The notes below the pieces were generated by a model. It worked only from the letters and a program-made list of their open reading frames with translations, searched no databases and was not told the DNA's origin. DNA of 64,000 nt from Bigelowiella natans CCMP2755 (lineage: Eukaryota; Protista; Cercozoa): contig ADNK01000583.1 in assembly GCA_000320545.1 (NCBI GenBank), positions 31,459 to 95,458 on the forward strand, given 5' to 3'. Position numbers and translations under genes: made by a program. Position 1 is the first letter of the stretch. The number at the start of each line of letters is the position of its first letter. This document shows positions 24,790-37,957 of the stretch, one piece after another.

Positions 24790-25260
24790 AGCGGCTCAAA
24801 GGTTCAAAGTCTGGTGTCAACATGCCTGAATTATCACATCTACATCCGATTATGTGGAAGACGTGGTCATCTGATGCTGTGGAAGTGCGCACAATGTAGA
24901 CCAAGCCTGTGGAAGCCATGATGACACGCGCAGCATGCAAGTGTCGCCGTGCAACGCATTCACAATGGACAACGTAATGTTGCACGCACATGCATGAAGT
25001 TTTGTGACAACAACTAGACAGCACAATGATTCAATTTGGTTCATGATTCGAATTGAAGTCATGCCTGGGCATGTCCCTAGAGAATCGTGCGTTTCAACAT
25101 CGCGCACAGTGCACATTGCCAATTGTTTTGCTAGTTTGTGTCTTTGGGGACAAGATGCGTGGGATGCGCGTTCGCGATGACATTGTTATTTGCCCACATG
25201 TCGGTCTAGCGATTTCCTAGCATGGCATGGTAGCATGCAGCATCACGAATTTAAAGCATC
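24790..25260. repeat. TpA-depleted tract
   Basis: TGCA/CATG-rich, few TA. Confidence 0.55.
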
Positions 25261-25702
25261 GACCTACTTCAAAATTGGAGCCAGGAAGCATGTTGACTCG
25301 CTATCTACGCGTGCCATTCGTTATGCAGCGGCGAACAATAAACATATATTTTGTTGTCCTAAAAATGAAATTTGGGTGATATGTGTGGCTTCAATAGTTG
25401 CGCATATTTGACTGGCGAAGAACGCACAGATCTGCTAACAAAATGTATATGCAGTAGGAACTTGGCGCCTCCAACTGCAAATTGCTACTTGTAGAACATC
25501 GTGGATTTTCGTAGTGAATCCGTGAGATTCGCTAGTTTTGTACCATGCCTACAATTCTGACTGAACTTCTTATTTCTGGCATTGTCTTCACAAATATGGA
25601 CAAGCCAGTTCCCATCACCTTCCCTAATCAACAATGCATTTTGGTAACCTTCCTGTGCATGTCAAAGTTGATGCACAACCTTCGATAATGCCCATATGCA
25701 AC

Positions 25703-28700
25703 TCATTTGGCATTAGCATTTGGACGGGGGAATTCATATCTCAGCCATTCTTCGTAAGTGCTATTTTTCTGTTTATGAAAGATAGGTTCTGCTCGCTCGA
25801 TCACTTCTTTCTGCAAGGCCAACATTTAAATGGGAATAAGCACAAATCTCATCACAAATACTTATGAATTGCATCGACTACGAATAGATTGTGATAATTC
25901 CCGTACATTTCCAGATTTTCTCCCTTGTGATTTGATTTCCCCCTCATAATTCTGGATGTGTGATCCTGGTGGTATGGCCTTGAATCAACCGAACTTGCCA
26001 TAGAGACACACAACCACACACGTACATGCATGCACTGCATGCACACACACGCAGAAACACACACACTCACGCGCGCGCGTGCACACACACACACACACAC
26101 ACATCTCTCATTAGTCTATATCCCGTGTCCTGTGAGTGCCCAAGAAAGGCGTGTATCACAACTACACAACTGCCTTTGTCATGTAAATGATGTGTACGTG
26201 GGAATAGTACTCAGTTTCTCCTTTGCGTCGTTAGCATTCTAATCGTGGAAATCTTGTTAGTCAACGAAACTTCAAATATGAACTAGAAGTAAAACCTGAA
26301 GCTTGAAGTAAATCATGTTCCAATATATAATGAAGACAAAGTATGCGAAATACTCTCGATACTGATCAAGTTGAAAAGGTTTCTCATTATAGTTAATGTG
26401 TGATATTGTACAAATGTGTAAGTGAGTAACCTTGTCTTCACTTCCTTCAATCCAAGAGTATCCTTTTTCGATCCATTTGTTGACAGCTTCCCTCGGAACT
26501 CTCATTTCCTTTTATTCACACAAATTTATCAGATAATCTGATCAAGCTAAAACGACGATTCCGTACAACCCGTGAAACACTCAGCATCCTCAAGATGCAT
26601 AAACCTTTAGTTCCACCTTAATTTAGAAGAAAATGAAAGTGAGGCTAATAGTGTAAGACAACTCGACAGAATACCTTCGCTTATTTCAGCTAATTTTTTA
26701 TAACAGTCGATCTTCAACTGAAATGGATCAACTTCGCTGATGAGTACGCATTGATCAATTTTAGAAGAACTTTTAGTCCTTAAGAATAGTTCAAATGATT
26801 GAGTTCACGCTGTCTTAATTTGCTCAGTCATCTCTTCATTATTCCATTTTCAAGTATGCATATATTATATATATTCTTCTCCTTTTTTTTCATTTGCATG
26901 CTAATGGTACGACCATTCCGTTGCAGCCGCTACCCATTCCCTTAACCGTTTCCATGCTTTCTTGGAAATTTCTTTGGCTTCCTGGAATAGAGGTTTGAAT
27001 AAGTAATCGTCATGAACTGCTTCTGCTCACTAAGTTGCACTTCAAAGACTTGTTATCAATAATATCCGCACCTTCCTAGAATCCTCACTGTAAGGTTTGG
27101 TATTTTTGATTTCCCTCTAACGTGTAGAAGGGTAAAAGAACATGCATCATATTTTTAAGGTTTGTGAGTAAGAATTGAAGTCTAGTACTGAAATATGATC
27201 AAACTTAAGGTTCGAACCAATTTCCCGAAGTATTTGCTTACATCTGTAAGGAAATCTTGTGTTAATTTATCGTATTTGCCGGATTTGGCCTCCACGGGGG
27301 ATTCTGGCTCCACGAAAAAAGGATCTTGTGGTGATATAGGCATCACAAGGCTCTGAAAAATTGCGTGTTGATGAATATTCAAGAGTAAATCTGCAACATC
27401 TCCAATGCATACGTGCAACGTATATTACTTGCTTGATGTTGGCCAAATATAATCCTGTCAATTTGCACATAAGATACATGAACAGATCCTCATTGTGATG
27501 AAATTTCATTGTGTAACTGTTTGAATTTTCACCTTCGATGAGATTTCCTTCAATTATTTTCTGTTTTTCTCCTTCGTTGTTTGTATCGCGACCCTTGTCA
27601 TTTCGTTCATTTTTACGGTCTAACACATCCATAGTGCACATATAACCGCTGTAACACAATCTTTCTAGAGACAAAAGCACCCTTTGCCATTGAAGATCCC
27701 AGTGTTGACCCATGGGCTCCACATCCTGACTCTTTCCTGTTGGATTCAGGCAGTTGTGGCTTGTACATGCTTGTTTTTTTCTCCTAGGGAGCACAGTCGG
27801 TTGGAATATCAACAGGACAAAATGACGTCCTCACCATAGGAATAGACGAACAATGGCTGAAATACGAACACAGTCTACCGTTTGTTGTTTGTTTTGAGGT
27901 GATGCTATCTCAAGGATCTGCGTTCCTCTCGTTTTTAACTCCATACGCGACTTGTACATTACCAATGTTGTTCTACCCTGAAATGCGGTTCGTCGGATGA
28001 CAACTCTCAGTCAAATATCATCTAACCCAAACAGAATTGACAAAGCATATTCGAAAACCGTGTTTCCCAGTTGCTTTTCATCTAAAATAGATCGAGGATT
28101 GAAACACTGGATGAGTACATTATGAATTAAGAAGTAGAAAAAAGGTACCGTCGATTGTGAGATATTTCTATCCGCGAACTTGTTCATATACTCTACATAG
28201 AACTTGCACTTAGTATTGGTAATATCAATCGAAAACCAAAATCATACTTCTTGAAGAGATCATCGTTTGCCTTCTGAAACTGCGCTGTACCTTGGTACAA
28301 TTTCTCAACGGAACTTGCGAGACTATTCGAAAATACAACTCACATCAACGGGAACTGCGGCATAACAAGTGTAACATTACTGAGAAAGATGAGATTTTTT
28401 TAGATATTTCATTCCGAGGCTCTATGGATACACATTAGAAACTGTCAGGTGTTGTCCATGTCACAAAACGAAAAGAAATTACATAATTGAGTGTGATTCC
28501 AGCCCTTCCACACAGATAATAAGAAGCTACGAACTTAATTTTCAGAAATAGAGCATAAGCAGGATTTTCGAATAAAAATTACCCAATCTCCAAGCTGAGT
28601 GACGGTGGCCATTGTCCGCAGCTGCGATAAATAATACCTTAAAAAAAACACGTTTGTGGAGGACATTCCTTCATGAAGGACCTTTCTGCAGGATTCCTGC

Positions 28701-31700
28701 CATTTTTTTGCGGATGCTCGCTTCTGGATCCAAACCATTCACTCTGGCAACCTTAAAACAACCAGAATCATCATGTTTTCTATTTCCTGTTAATTAGAAA
28801 TTAGAAACAAATATTCCAAACCCTCAACATCTCCGTCGCCCAGTTATATCTAAGAATATTCGAGCCCAACTTGTCACCGAGTTCTAACATTCAACGTAAT
28901 TAGTGAGCGACACGGACACGAACTTTATCTATCCTACAAGTGACACACCAAAATATCTTTGAGCGAGTGTTGGATTAAACCCGTCGGCATAAAGCATGCC
29001 TTAAAGGAATTGAAATTCAATGAGAAGGCTTTTGCAGAGAATATAATACGAAAATATCAGTATAATTGCAAATCTTTAGATCTTTAGATGATAAGTTAAC
29101 CAAGATGCTCGATTATGAATCTCCTACGAAACAAATGCATCCTGTAAGATATTAATACTATAATCTTGTTGTATGAACCATTTTGAATCCTTGATGTTTT
29201 CTTTTAGTCCTTGCCCATTCTTTTCTGTATAAGCCCAAAAAGTAGATTGCGCAATTTTATTTTGGATGCAAGCACCGAAATGCGGCATTATTACCATCAG
29301 GCTGTGTAGTATCAAGCTCTTGGTTGCCATCTTCATCTAAAGGAGGCGCTGAAGGCAGCACACCTGAATATTAGCGATACACTTACATTCATACTTTATT
29401 CACAATATGAACGTAGGAAAACCTGCACCTTGATACTGTTCCAGCCTAATTTGTTGCTCTATTGCAATAGACTCGGCCTTGTGAAGAAATGCCGCTTGCT
29501 AATAGATTGTTGATTTGTAATCGAAAACGAATGCTATTATAGTGCTTATTCTGACCTGTAGTAGCAAGTTCACGTTAGGGTCTGATTCAATCAATTGCGT
29601 GATGGCGCTCTTCCGGTCATGGGCACCCTTATCGCCACATTTTTTCTCTATCCGAATCATGTCCTGATGAAATTTAACGAAGTGAAATGATTTGAACAAA
29701 AACTAAAGCTAAAATCTCTATGAGATTTTAACTATTACTCTTTTATTCTTGAAAATGCTCTGACTATTGAGGATGGCCGGAAACACCTTTGAAGAAAATT
29801 TACAATATTTCCAAGTCCCCATTATCTTGAATGAATCATACATATTTTTGCCATTGTGTTTCGAAGAAGAGGTCGCCATCTTCCTTAACTTTCTCCGGGC
29901 TAGAATGGGTAGAATTAGTCTCATTAAAATCGAGCTGAGATTAATTGGCTCACAAAGATTCTTTAAGCGCTTCTTTTATTTTCTTCCACGAGTCAGCCTA
30001 CGTATGAGAAACATTTTAATGATTGTTCTCGACATGACTCTTGATTCCCCTATAAATATTAATGTTTTCTCTTTCCGGACCTTTCCTGTTTTTCCCTCAC
30101 GTAGCAGAAATCGAGGAGAAATAGGAGAATAGGAACCATGACCCTTATACCTAAGACATAAGGAAGAAGTTACGGTCTACATGTTCGATACACCTAGGAA
30201 AGAGGCACTTAGGTAAAGCTTCTGAATTGGACGCGGTCGCCTGGAAAATGATCTAATGAGCACCAAAATGGTTAACATAGTAAATCAGCCCCAAATACAA
30301 CGCAATCTTCATCGACAGGAACTTTGTACAGATTGTTTGGGACCTCCCCACACAATCCACATTACCATACGGACAAATAGACCGCACAAACTCGCGCACC
30401 CATACGCTCATAATTGGGTACATGGATCGTATCGGCAATTAGTCACCTTTGTGTCGTACAAAAACTTTGCTATTTTGAACCGTTCATATACGATATCCAA
30501 CCTTATTGAAACAAGTTACGATTAGGTAGGGTAGAAAATAGAGCATAATTGCGTCGAACCTTTTGACTAACGATTTTACTTTAGGGAATTGACTATAAGC
30601 AAATGCAATTTGATTTGCCCAATACAAAGTATTCTTGGACTGAGAAATACATTCGTCTGTCATTGTTGTAATCAAACCAACTCTATACTAAAAACGTGGT
30701 TGTGTGGTGCATGTTTGGGGAAAATATCACTTCGGGTGAGTAACCTCTTCTAACTTAAGTTCTAAGCCTCTTGCCTTGGACTCAACCCTCAGGTTCACAC
30801 TTGCAGCACCTCTCGAACCAGATCCCGATTTGAATCCGCTCTTATCGGCATAAAGAAAGAATTCCATTCGGTCCCACATATTCGCACCGTATTGAAGTCT
30901 GTATTGTTTTTCTTGTTGAATACATAAGATTTACAAGATACACCGCATCGAACTTACATTGCGCGAGGATCCACTTCATCGAATTCAAAAATGGCATCTC
31001 GAAGTTTTTCCTGAAAAAAAACGTGCATTCAAACAACTTCAACTTGCAACGACTGGTCAACACGAACCTCGGCCCTTGTCCAATCAATATCAGAGATAAT
31101 TTTTTGGTAGGCCTAATAACAATCGTCATGAATATTAATGTTCTTTTCCTGCTAAGTAACATACATCCAACCTCACAGAACTTCTTATTTGTTCCAAATA
31201 ATTCTCTTGTTAGGAGGGGACTTTTACTTTTTTCTAAGACGCATAGTCAATAAATTAAGAAGCGAATAGAATTATTCCACACTTGATTTACCCGCCTCTT
31301 CCCGAATCTTTCGCTTTTCTTCAATGAGCTCCACTTTCCAGAATAACGTCATCGCCGCCTCCAGGTGAAAAAATATTATCATTATTGTGTTGCTGTTCGT
31401 TGATTCTTACAAGACAAACTGACATCATAAGCTTGTACGCTCGACTGTGGCTGTGGATTTTCTTTCTCTTCACTGAAGTCATATAACAATGTTTATATTA
31501 TAACAATTTTATGCTGATAATAGCATAAATACAGAGTAGCTTCGATGGTACGTGCCAAGCTCTCTCTGTTTATCTTTGAAATACAACCAAATGGATCAAT
31601 TAGACCTCACCACAAATTCGTTGTGCAAGTCTCGACATTACCTTTTCCAATCGATCCTTAAGCATTTTCTTGTCGACACTTAGTTTGAAAATTAATCCTT

Positions 31701-34700
31701 CTAGAATAGCTTTCTGAGCTCCTTGAGTCCTTCAAGATTAGGTAGTTTCAAGGAAAAGAGTATGATGAAAGTTGTAATTTTTCACCTATTTTTTTCTCGT
31801 TTCATATTATCGACGATTCGTTTAACTTCCTTTAGTTCCCTAAAGGTCAAGATATGCCGCAGTCGATTATGTATGCACAAACATAATTACTTAATACGTT
31901 ACTTTTCTACGTCTTCTTTCTGGTTTTTTTCCCAGACGGTGGCTTCAGTTTCATACTGTTTAAGTTTCTCGAGAAGATCAACATCTAGTGGTAAAAAAAT
32001 GACCAAACCCTTCATGATCCATATTTCTCAATCTCTAAATCATGTACCTTGCCTGAACCAGTGGTTCGCTTCGTCAAAATGAAACTAAAAAAATTGCAAT
32101 AATTTCTTCATGTAGTTACATCAAATTTGAAAGCAAGATTCTCACCAAGCCATCTGTAGTCACAGAGTCTACATCGTTACAAGAGTCCAAGTAGTACTGT
32201 AGATTAATATCAAATCCCAAAGTATTAAAAATATATTATTGGTTATGTTTGTCAGAAAAACAATGACGCTTAGAAATTTGCCAACCAAAATCTTGACATA
32301 TCTTCCTTTCAAATGACTCCTCTCCGACAGATCATTCCGTCGCCGATCACTCTGTTCACACAGCCCAGAAAGATCAGGCTATGACATCTTCTGATATTGA
32401 AATAAGTACATCAGGAGCTTCTCTGTCTGTAGCATTACGACCATGCTTCGTGTCCATCAATCCTTTATTTTCCTGTCACATTAGACATTAGACTCGATAT
32501 TTCGCATTAAAGTTCTTCTGGATTTTTAATTTTAACTACCACACTATCCTTTTCGAGATTCAGCTTCCATTCAACTAGGGCGTTGCCCAAACTTTGGATT
32601 GATACCGATTTCTAATAGACGCTCAAATTTAGAATACGAAGCATATTAACACCTTCTTCATACCTGATTTGAAAATTGAATTTGCCAAATACCTCGCAAC
32701 TGCGGATTTCGGATTTTTTTGTGACATTGATATGTCTGCAACATGGAAAGAAGATTGTTTAATAATTTAATCAGCATTCGTAGAAGCAATAGACACCTTG
32801 TACATGCTGTCGAGAATGTGCTTGTTCGACTCAATTGCCTCCAATACCTACAAATACTGAAATCTTCGAAATGGTTCCAATAACTAAATCACTTTTGACC
32901 ATTAGAGTCGTTTTGAAATGCGTGGTTGAGAGGGAGTCGTTGAGTCTTCTTTTGACACTGATTTTACATTCGCATAAACATTATAATTCGAATGACTTCA
33001 ATTAATTCAGTACTTTGTGAGGAGTCTTTCGTGGTCTCTAGCCAGGTAGAGATTTTTCGCTCCCTGTCCTAAAAAAAATAATTATAATTTCAAAATAAAG
33101 AATATGTCACCGTGAATGTATGAGTCTGACTAAAGGAAGAGAGGCCAGTTCGAAGTTTGCTAAATTGCCTATTCCAAGAAAAATCAGAGCTTTATGTAAA
33201 GTAATTTTTGAGTGATAAGATGAAAGAGGACGTTCGTACGAAGCGCCGGCATTTGGTGATCAAATCTACACATCAAAACAACAATGATTCTTAAGTCAAG
33301 GATATCCATCATGGAATCCTGATTTTCATTCGTGGTAAATGTTGATTTCGTTTCCTAATTTCTCACTCTTAGTAGTGCCAGATTCGTTGTTTTCTCCTTT
33401 GACCTGTGATAGTTTCGTTTTTTCAATTTGAATGTACTTCAATGTGTAGTGAGACTCATACTCCAGAAGATGATTTAATGCTTTCCCTCAGTTCGAATAT
33501 GTATTCCTAATCGTAAATGAAAAGAAATAAAATGGACGCTCCAAGTAGATTATACATTTTATATCTTACTTTAAGTGGATCTCTTGCAATGAAGTCTGAG
33601 TCGGCGTCAAGAATGTCGGCATAGCTGAAGCTCAAGATCAATTTATTTATTGTTTTGTTTTGTCCCGATTCTGTAAATTTCCAAGAGTTGAATATTGAAT
33701 ATAAACCTTAAAGCAATAATATACCTGGAAAAAATTCTTCCACCAATAAACAGTCTAGCTTCAGAGGATCGGCCCGTGTCTTCGGAAATACCTTGAGAAA
33801 AAGGTATGTCTTTACGATGCTCCTACTGTTATACAACCTGGTAAAACCTTTATCCAGAATGCTACATTTTTGTTATCCTTAGCTTGATCCAACTCCGCCC
33901 TAGAAATTAGATATACTTTTATTGTTAGACTGGGAGGTAAACTATAACCGTAAATAAAATACATTAGCTTTCTGTAAAGAATCCAGAGCTGTCCCATGTT
34001 CTCCTAATGTTTAATTTTGTTGTGCTACTAATAGATGATGGTCGTTGTTTTTGATACTACTTTCAATTTAGCATATGTCGAGATATTCTCTTTTTCTTGC
34101 ATCTTCGCCAGTTTTTCAGATAGTCTGCAAAAAGAAATTGAATATGAATATGAACAACTCCTCCAGCTTATTCTGATGCATTGTTATCCTGAGCCGTTAT
34201 TTCCTTTCTAAATGCTAAAAGTATTACTTTCTATATTTCTGGATGACCCTCTTCAAGCGATATCTAAAACATGAATACCTCATAAAGCCGATGACGATAA
34301 AATGGTTCATCATGCATAAATAAAAATTACTGTAGAACTTGGATAGCTTCCTTTTGTCTCTCATCGATTAGTTCCTTCAAACACTTTTAAATGAAAATAG
34401 ACATAACTCAGCACACTCTACAGTCGTCATCAATATGCATGCTTTATTGGAAGAAACATAGGAAGATATAAACTCGTTTCTTTATTATGCGACCTGGATA
34501 TGAGCTTCAGTTTTGAGAATCTTCTTAGATTTTTTCTTGCCTTCTTTCTGTATTATTGCCTAAGTGGTTATAATTTTAAAATAATTAGGTGTATTTTGAT
34601 TCCACACAGCGCAGCAAACCTTGTCAAGTGCGCGATGCAATGTTGAAGCTCGAATGCGAATTCTCATAAAGGTTTTCTTGTTCTTGGCCTCTTTACTATA

Positions 34701-36027
34701 CTCTCCCTATTAATCAGTTTTAGTCAATATTCAACATGCCTACATTCCATAGAATTCGGATGGGATAACCAATGATTTTGTGTGAAACGCAATCAACATC
34801 GTGAGCACTGCGCGAACTTCATTTTTCAGACTATCGAACATCCCTTTTCAAAAAAAGACGGGTAAAAATTTTTTGGGTTATTTTCTGATTTTCTGCATGA
34901 TTTAAAATTTGTATTAACCTTCATTATTGTAAGTAAGAGTATTTGCTTCAAGTGCTCTGGCGCTAAGTCATAAAAGTACTCTGTGATGAGGTAGATTTCA
35001 CCAGGTAAATTATCTGAGCAACCTTTCAGCTACTCTGGAGAGTAGTATAGTCCAGATTTTATTAGCCAATGCCATCGTATCGGCCACTAAATCTTGTGAC
35101 TATTTTTCATCAAAGCAAATTAAAAAAGAGAAATAGGATCTTGTGGATTCATACTTTTTGGATGTGATCATCTGCTTCTCTATACCACTCGATCATGGTC
35201 TAAATTTGAAAAGAAATAAGTTGGTAATCATAAATTCAGATAAAGGTTTGTTACCATGATAGGTTTTGTGAGAAAGAAAACCGACGATATGCCTTGAATT
35301 ACGCTCAGCACTGCTCCTCCAACCTTATCTGTTGCAGCTTCGAAGGCTGAACCTAACTGATAAATTTGTTTTTGTGAGATAAGACTTTACATTTTCGAGT
35401 AGTAATCATACTTGCAAAGCTGCAGCAGGAGCCTCCATTGATTCTGATTGCCACAATCTCAGTATTAGAGATAACGACACATTGATTCTTAGAATTTTGC
35501 AAACCAAATGGTTTCAAGATCTCTAGGTTCCCAAGCAAGTCTCTGAAGGGGGTTTCTAACACATCCTCCCAGTAAGGGTAGCAAAATGAGGTGCTTGGAA
35601 CAGGAAACGTTTGTTCAAGCATTCGAACTACCCCTCCAGATCGAGAAGATAGTCCTTGAAATTCAGTGGTAAGTTTGTGCATCTAATCGTCCAAATTTCA
35701 TATATAAATTATACTTAAACGTTTCTTTACGTAATTATTGATCATGGACCAGTTTGATTGGCGAAGTCCCAAGTTCTTCCACTAATATTTGCAAGTGTTA
35801 ATCATTTAGAAACAAATAGAAATAAATTTTAAATTGCATACATTCATTGGATAAGCCAACGAAGAAATCAAATATATGCTCATTAGCCTGATAGTCTATG
35901 TTAATTGCGTCCAAAGGTCTGAAACAATCACTAATTGAAGTTCTGCATAAATATGTAGCGTATGTGCACAAATTATATGATAAGGGTCTCTCTCAATTTG
36001 TGTGAATGTGTTTGTGTTTGTGTTTGT

Positions 36028-36096
<69 letters not shown>

Positions 36097-36872
36097 TAGG
36101 ACCAGAGGAGAAAGAGAGCGGAGAAAAAGAGAGGAGAGAAATGAAGAGAGTAAAAAATGCAATGCTGTTGTCATATTTGGTGAACAATTTCTTTCACAAA
36201 TATACCCCATATTAGTCTTTAATTCTTCAAATTCTGCAAGTGCTGTGAGTACAAGTGTAAGCGAACGTGGCATGTTTTCAACGAAAAACAACTTTACTGA
36301 GAATTTGGATTCCAGCTTCTTTCAGTGCCCAATTGTCCCTGAATTATATCAAAAAGATCGGAGGATTTCTAAATCTACATACGATCAGAAAATTGAACTT
36401 CATGCTGGTAATTTTACCATATCAAGCGCCCTCTATCTTCCTCCTAAATGTAAGGATCATTAGTGGTGTTCTGATTGTGATTTAGAGAAATTCTTACACT
36501 CCCGATATCTGCTGGTTTAGGTGGAGCATTGTTTAGTCGCTGTTATTGTGACGGATGTAAGTTAAAATTGCAACGTGCGTTGGATGTTGTGCTACTTCTA
36601 AGGCCTGATCTTTGTCCCGGACATCACTTTTAACTTCACTCATCTGCACAGATGCCAATGAAACTTCATGAGGTAGCTCTATTTCACCAAAGGGGGACAA
36701 CGATTCCACTACCTTACGGAAGCTTTGATGAGTTTTTTGATTCTGTGCGAGAGCCCCGAAGATATTTTTGGTTCTCGTGTTCTAGTCCAATAGGAGTTTT
36801 GCAAGAATTGATTGGTTTTTTATTGTCGCAGCACCAAAATCAAGATAAAATCGTACGAATAATTTGTTCATT
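25703..36872 (-). CDS. Very large, intron-dense hypothetical protein containing Sel1-like repeats; boundaries approximate
   Basis: Dozens of short exons bounded by minus-strand GT/AG. Phase-consistent splicing at 28480-29000 gives LAQRYFELGDKLG...MAGILQKAADNGHRHSAWRLASYYLCGRAG (Sel1 consensus KAA..G...A...LG..Y..G). Last exon reads ...EWLRYEFPRPNANAK*. Confidence 0.5.
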
Positions 36873-36939
36873 TCAGCAAGCGTCAACGCTCCTTGCCGCC
36901 CTTCGTTCCAACCCCTTCATTTTAGTGGCGATTTGATGT

Positions 36940-37930
36940 GCAGGTAGCACATGTAGATGACTGCCAAACACTTTTCTTTTCATTAAAATCAATTTTTCGC
37001 ACACCCAATTTGACCTGGAAATTGGTTTGGTTGCAAGCATGATTTCGATTCAACCTTTGAAAGTGCTTCACTCATTCATCCATTCAAGCTGATTGGGGAG
37101 GACGTGGATGAGTTGGAACGTCTCATGATCCTTTCAGATCAGGCTCTGAACCAGTGAAAGTGCTTCGTTCGTCCACTCCATCGTGGAGTCAACTCACGTG
37201 CACCTCCACACACTCACTCGTTCGTTCGCTTGCGCTCACCATTGTGTTCATGCACTCTCACGCGAAGCAGAGCAGCCGAAGCATGACAACTGCGCGCGTC
37301 ACGCATGGGAACTCGTGTCAAGTCTGCAAGTTGGAGGGCATCGATGCACGCACGGATCGCTTTGAAGGACGTCCAAACGTGCAAAACACGCACTGTGGAC
37401 ATCACGCTTGCATTGTTTGGTGTGTTGGGTCGACTCTGCGCATCTGTGCGCAACGGTCTGTTGTGCACCAATGCACAATGCACCACACACCCACGCACTG
37501 CATCCGTTGCGCCCATTGCCGACAGCCGTGTCGTTTGAACAAACAAGCATGCAGTTTCATGGCAACCACTCTGGCACTGGCAACGCAACAATGACGGTGA
37601 AACAGAACGCGTTCGCAGCTGCTCGCTGAGGTGTGCTGTTCATCGATTGCACGCACCACAAACATTGCGTGCATCGCAATGCAAAGTGCCTGCGCTGGCG
37701 CGTCTGCACTCAATCATTCACATCAATTGTGATCTGCAACGCATGACCAGTCTAGCAGTCTGAAAGTGGTGCCATGCTCACAATGTCCAGACATCGATGG
37801 CGCGGCTGCGATGACCAGGTGACGTACCAACAACTCTAGACCTTGACACGGTCATTGCGTTGCGCGCAACGCCATTCTAGAATTGCACGACACACTGGGA
37901 TTGAAAACATGTCATGGCTACATAGTTAGT
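36940..37930. repeat. TpA-free tract (decayed repeat)
   Basis: No TA dinucleotide between 36986 and 37752. Confidence 0.8.
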
Positions 37931-37957
37931 GTGAACAGGCCATGCAATCTTGACAAA

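Noticed and set aside
25703-36872. Initial impression of an ATR/PIKK-type kinase
   Set aside because: No kinase catalytic or FATC motifs could be reconstructed; only Sel1-like motifs are supported.
37154-37713. Multiple overlapping Cys/His-rich ORFs on both strands (also 17018-17867 and 43520-44083) as zinc-finger genes
   Set aside because: Artefacts of TpA loss: TAA/TAG stops and Tyr codons are removed and Cys/His codons are created.
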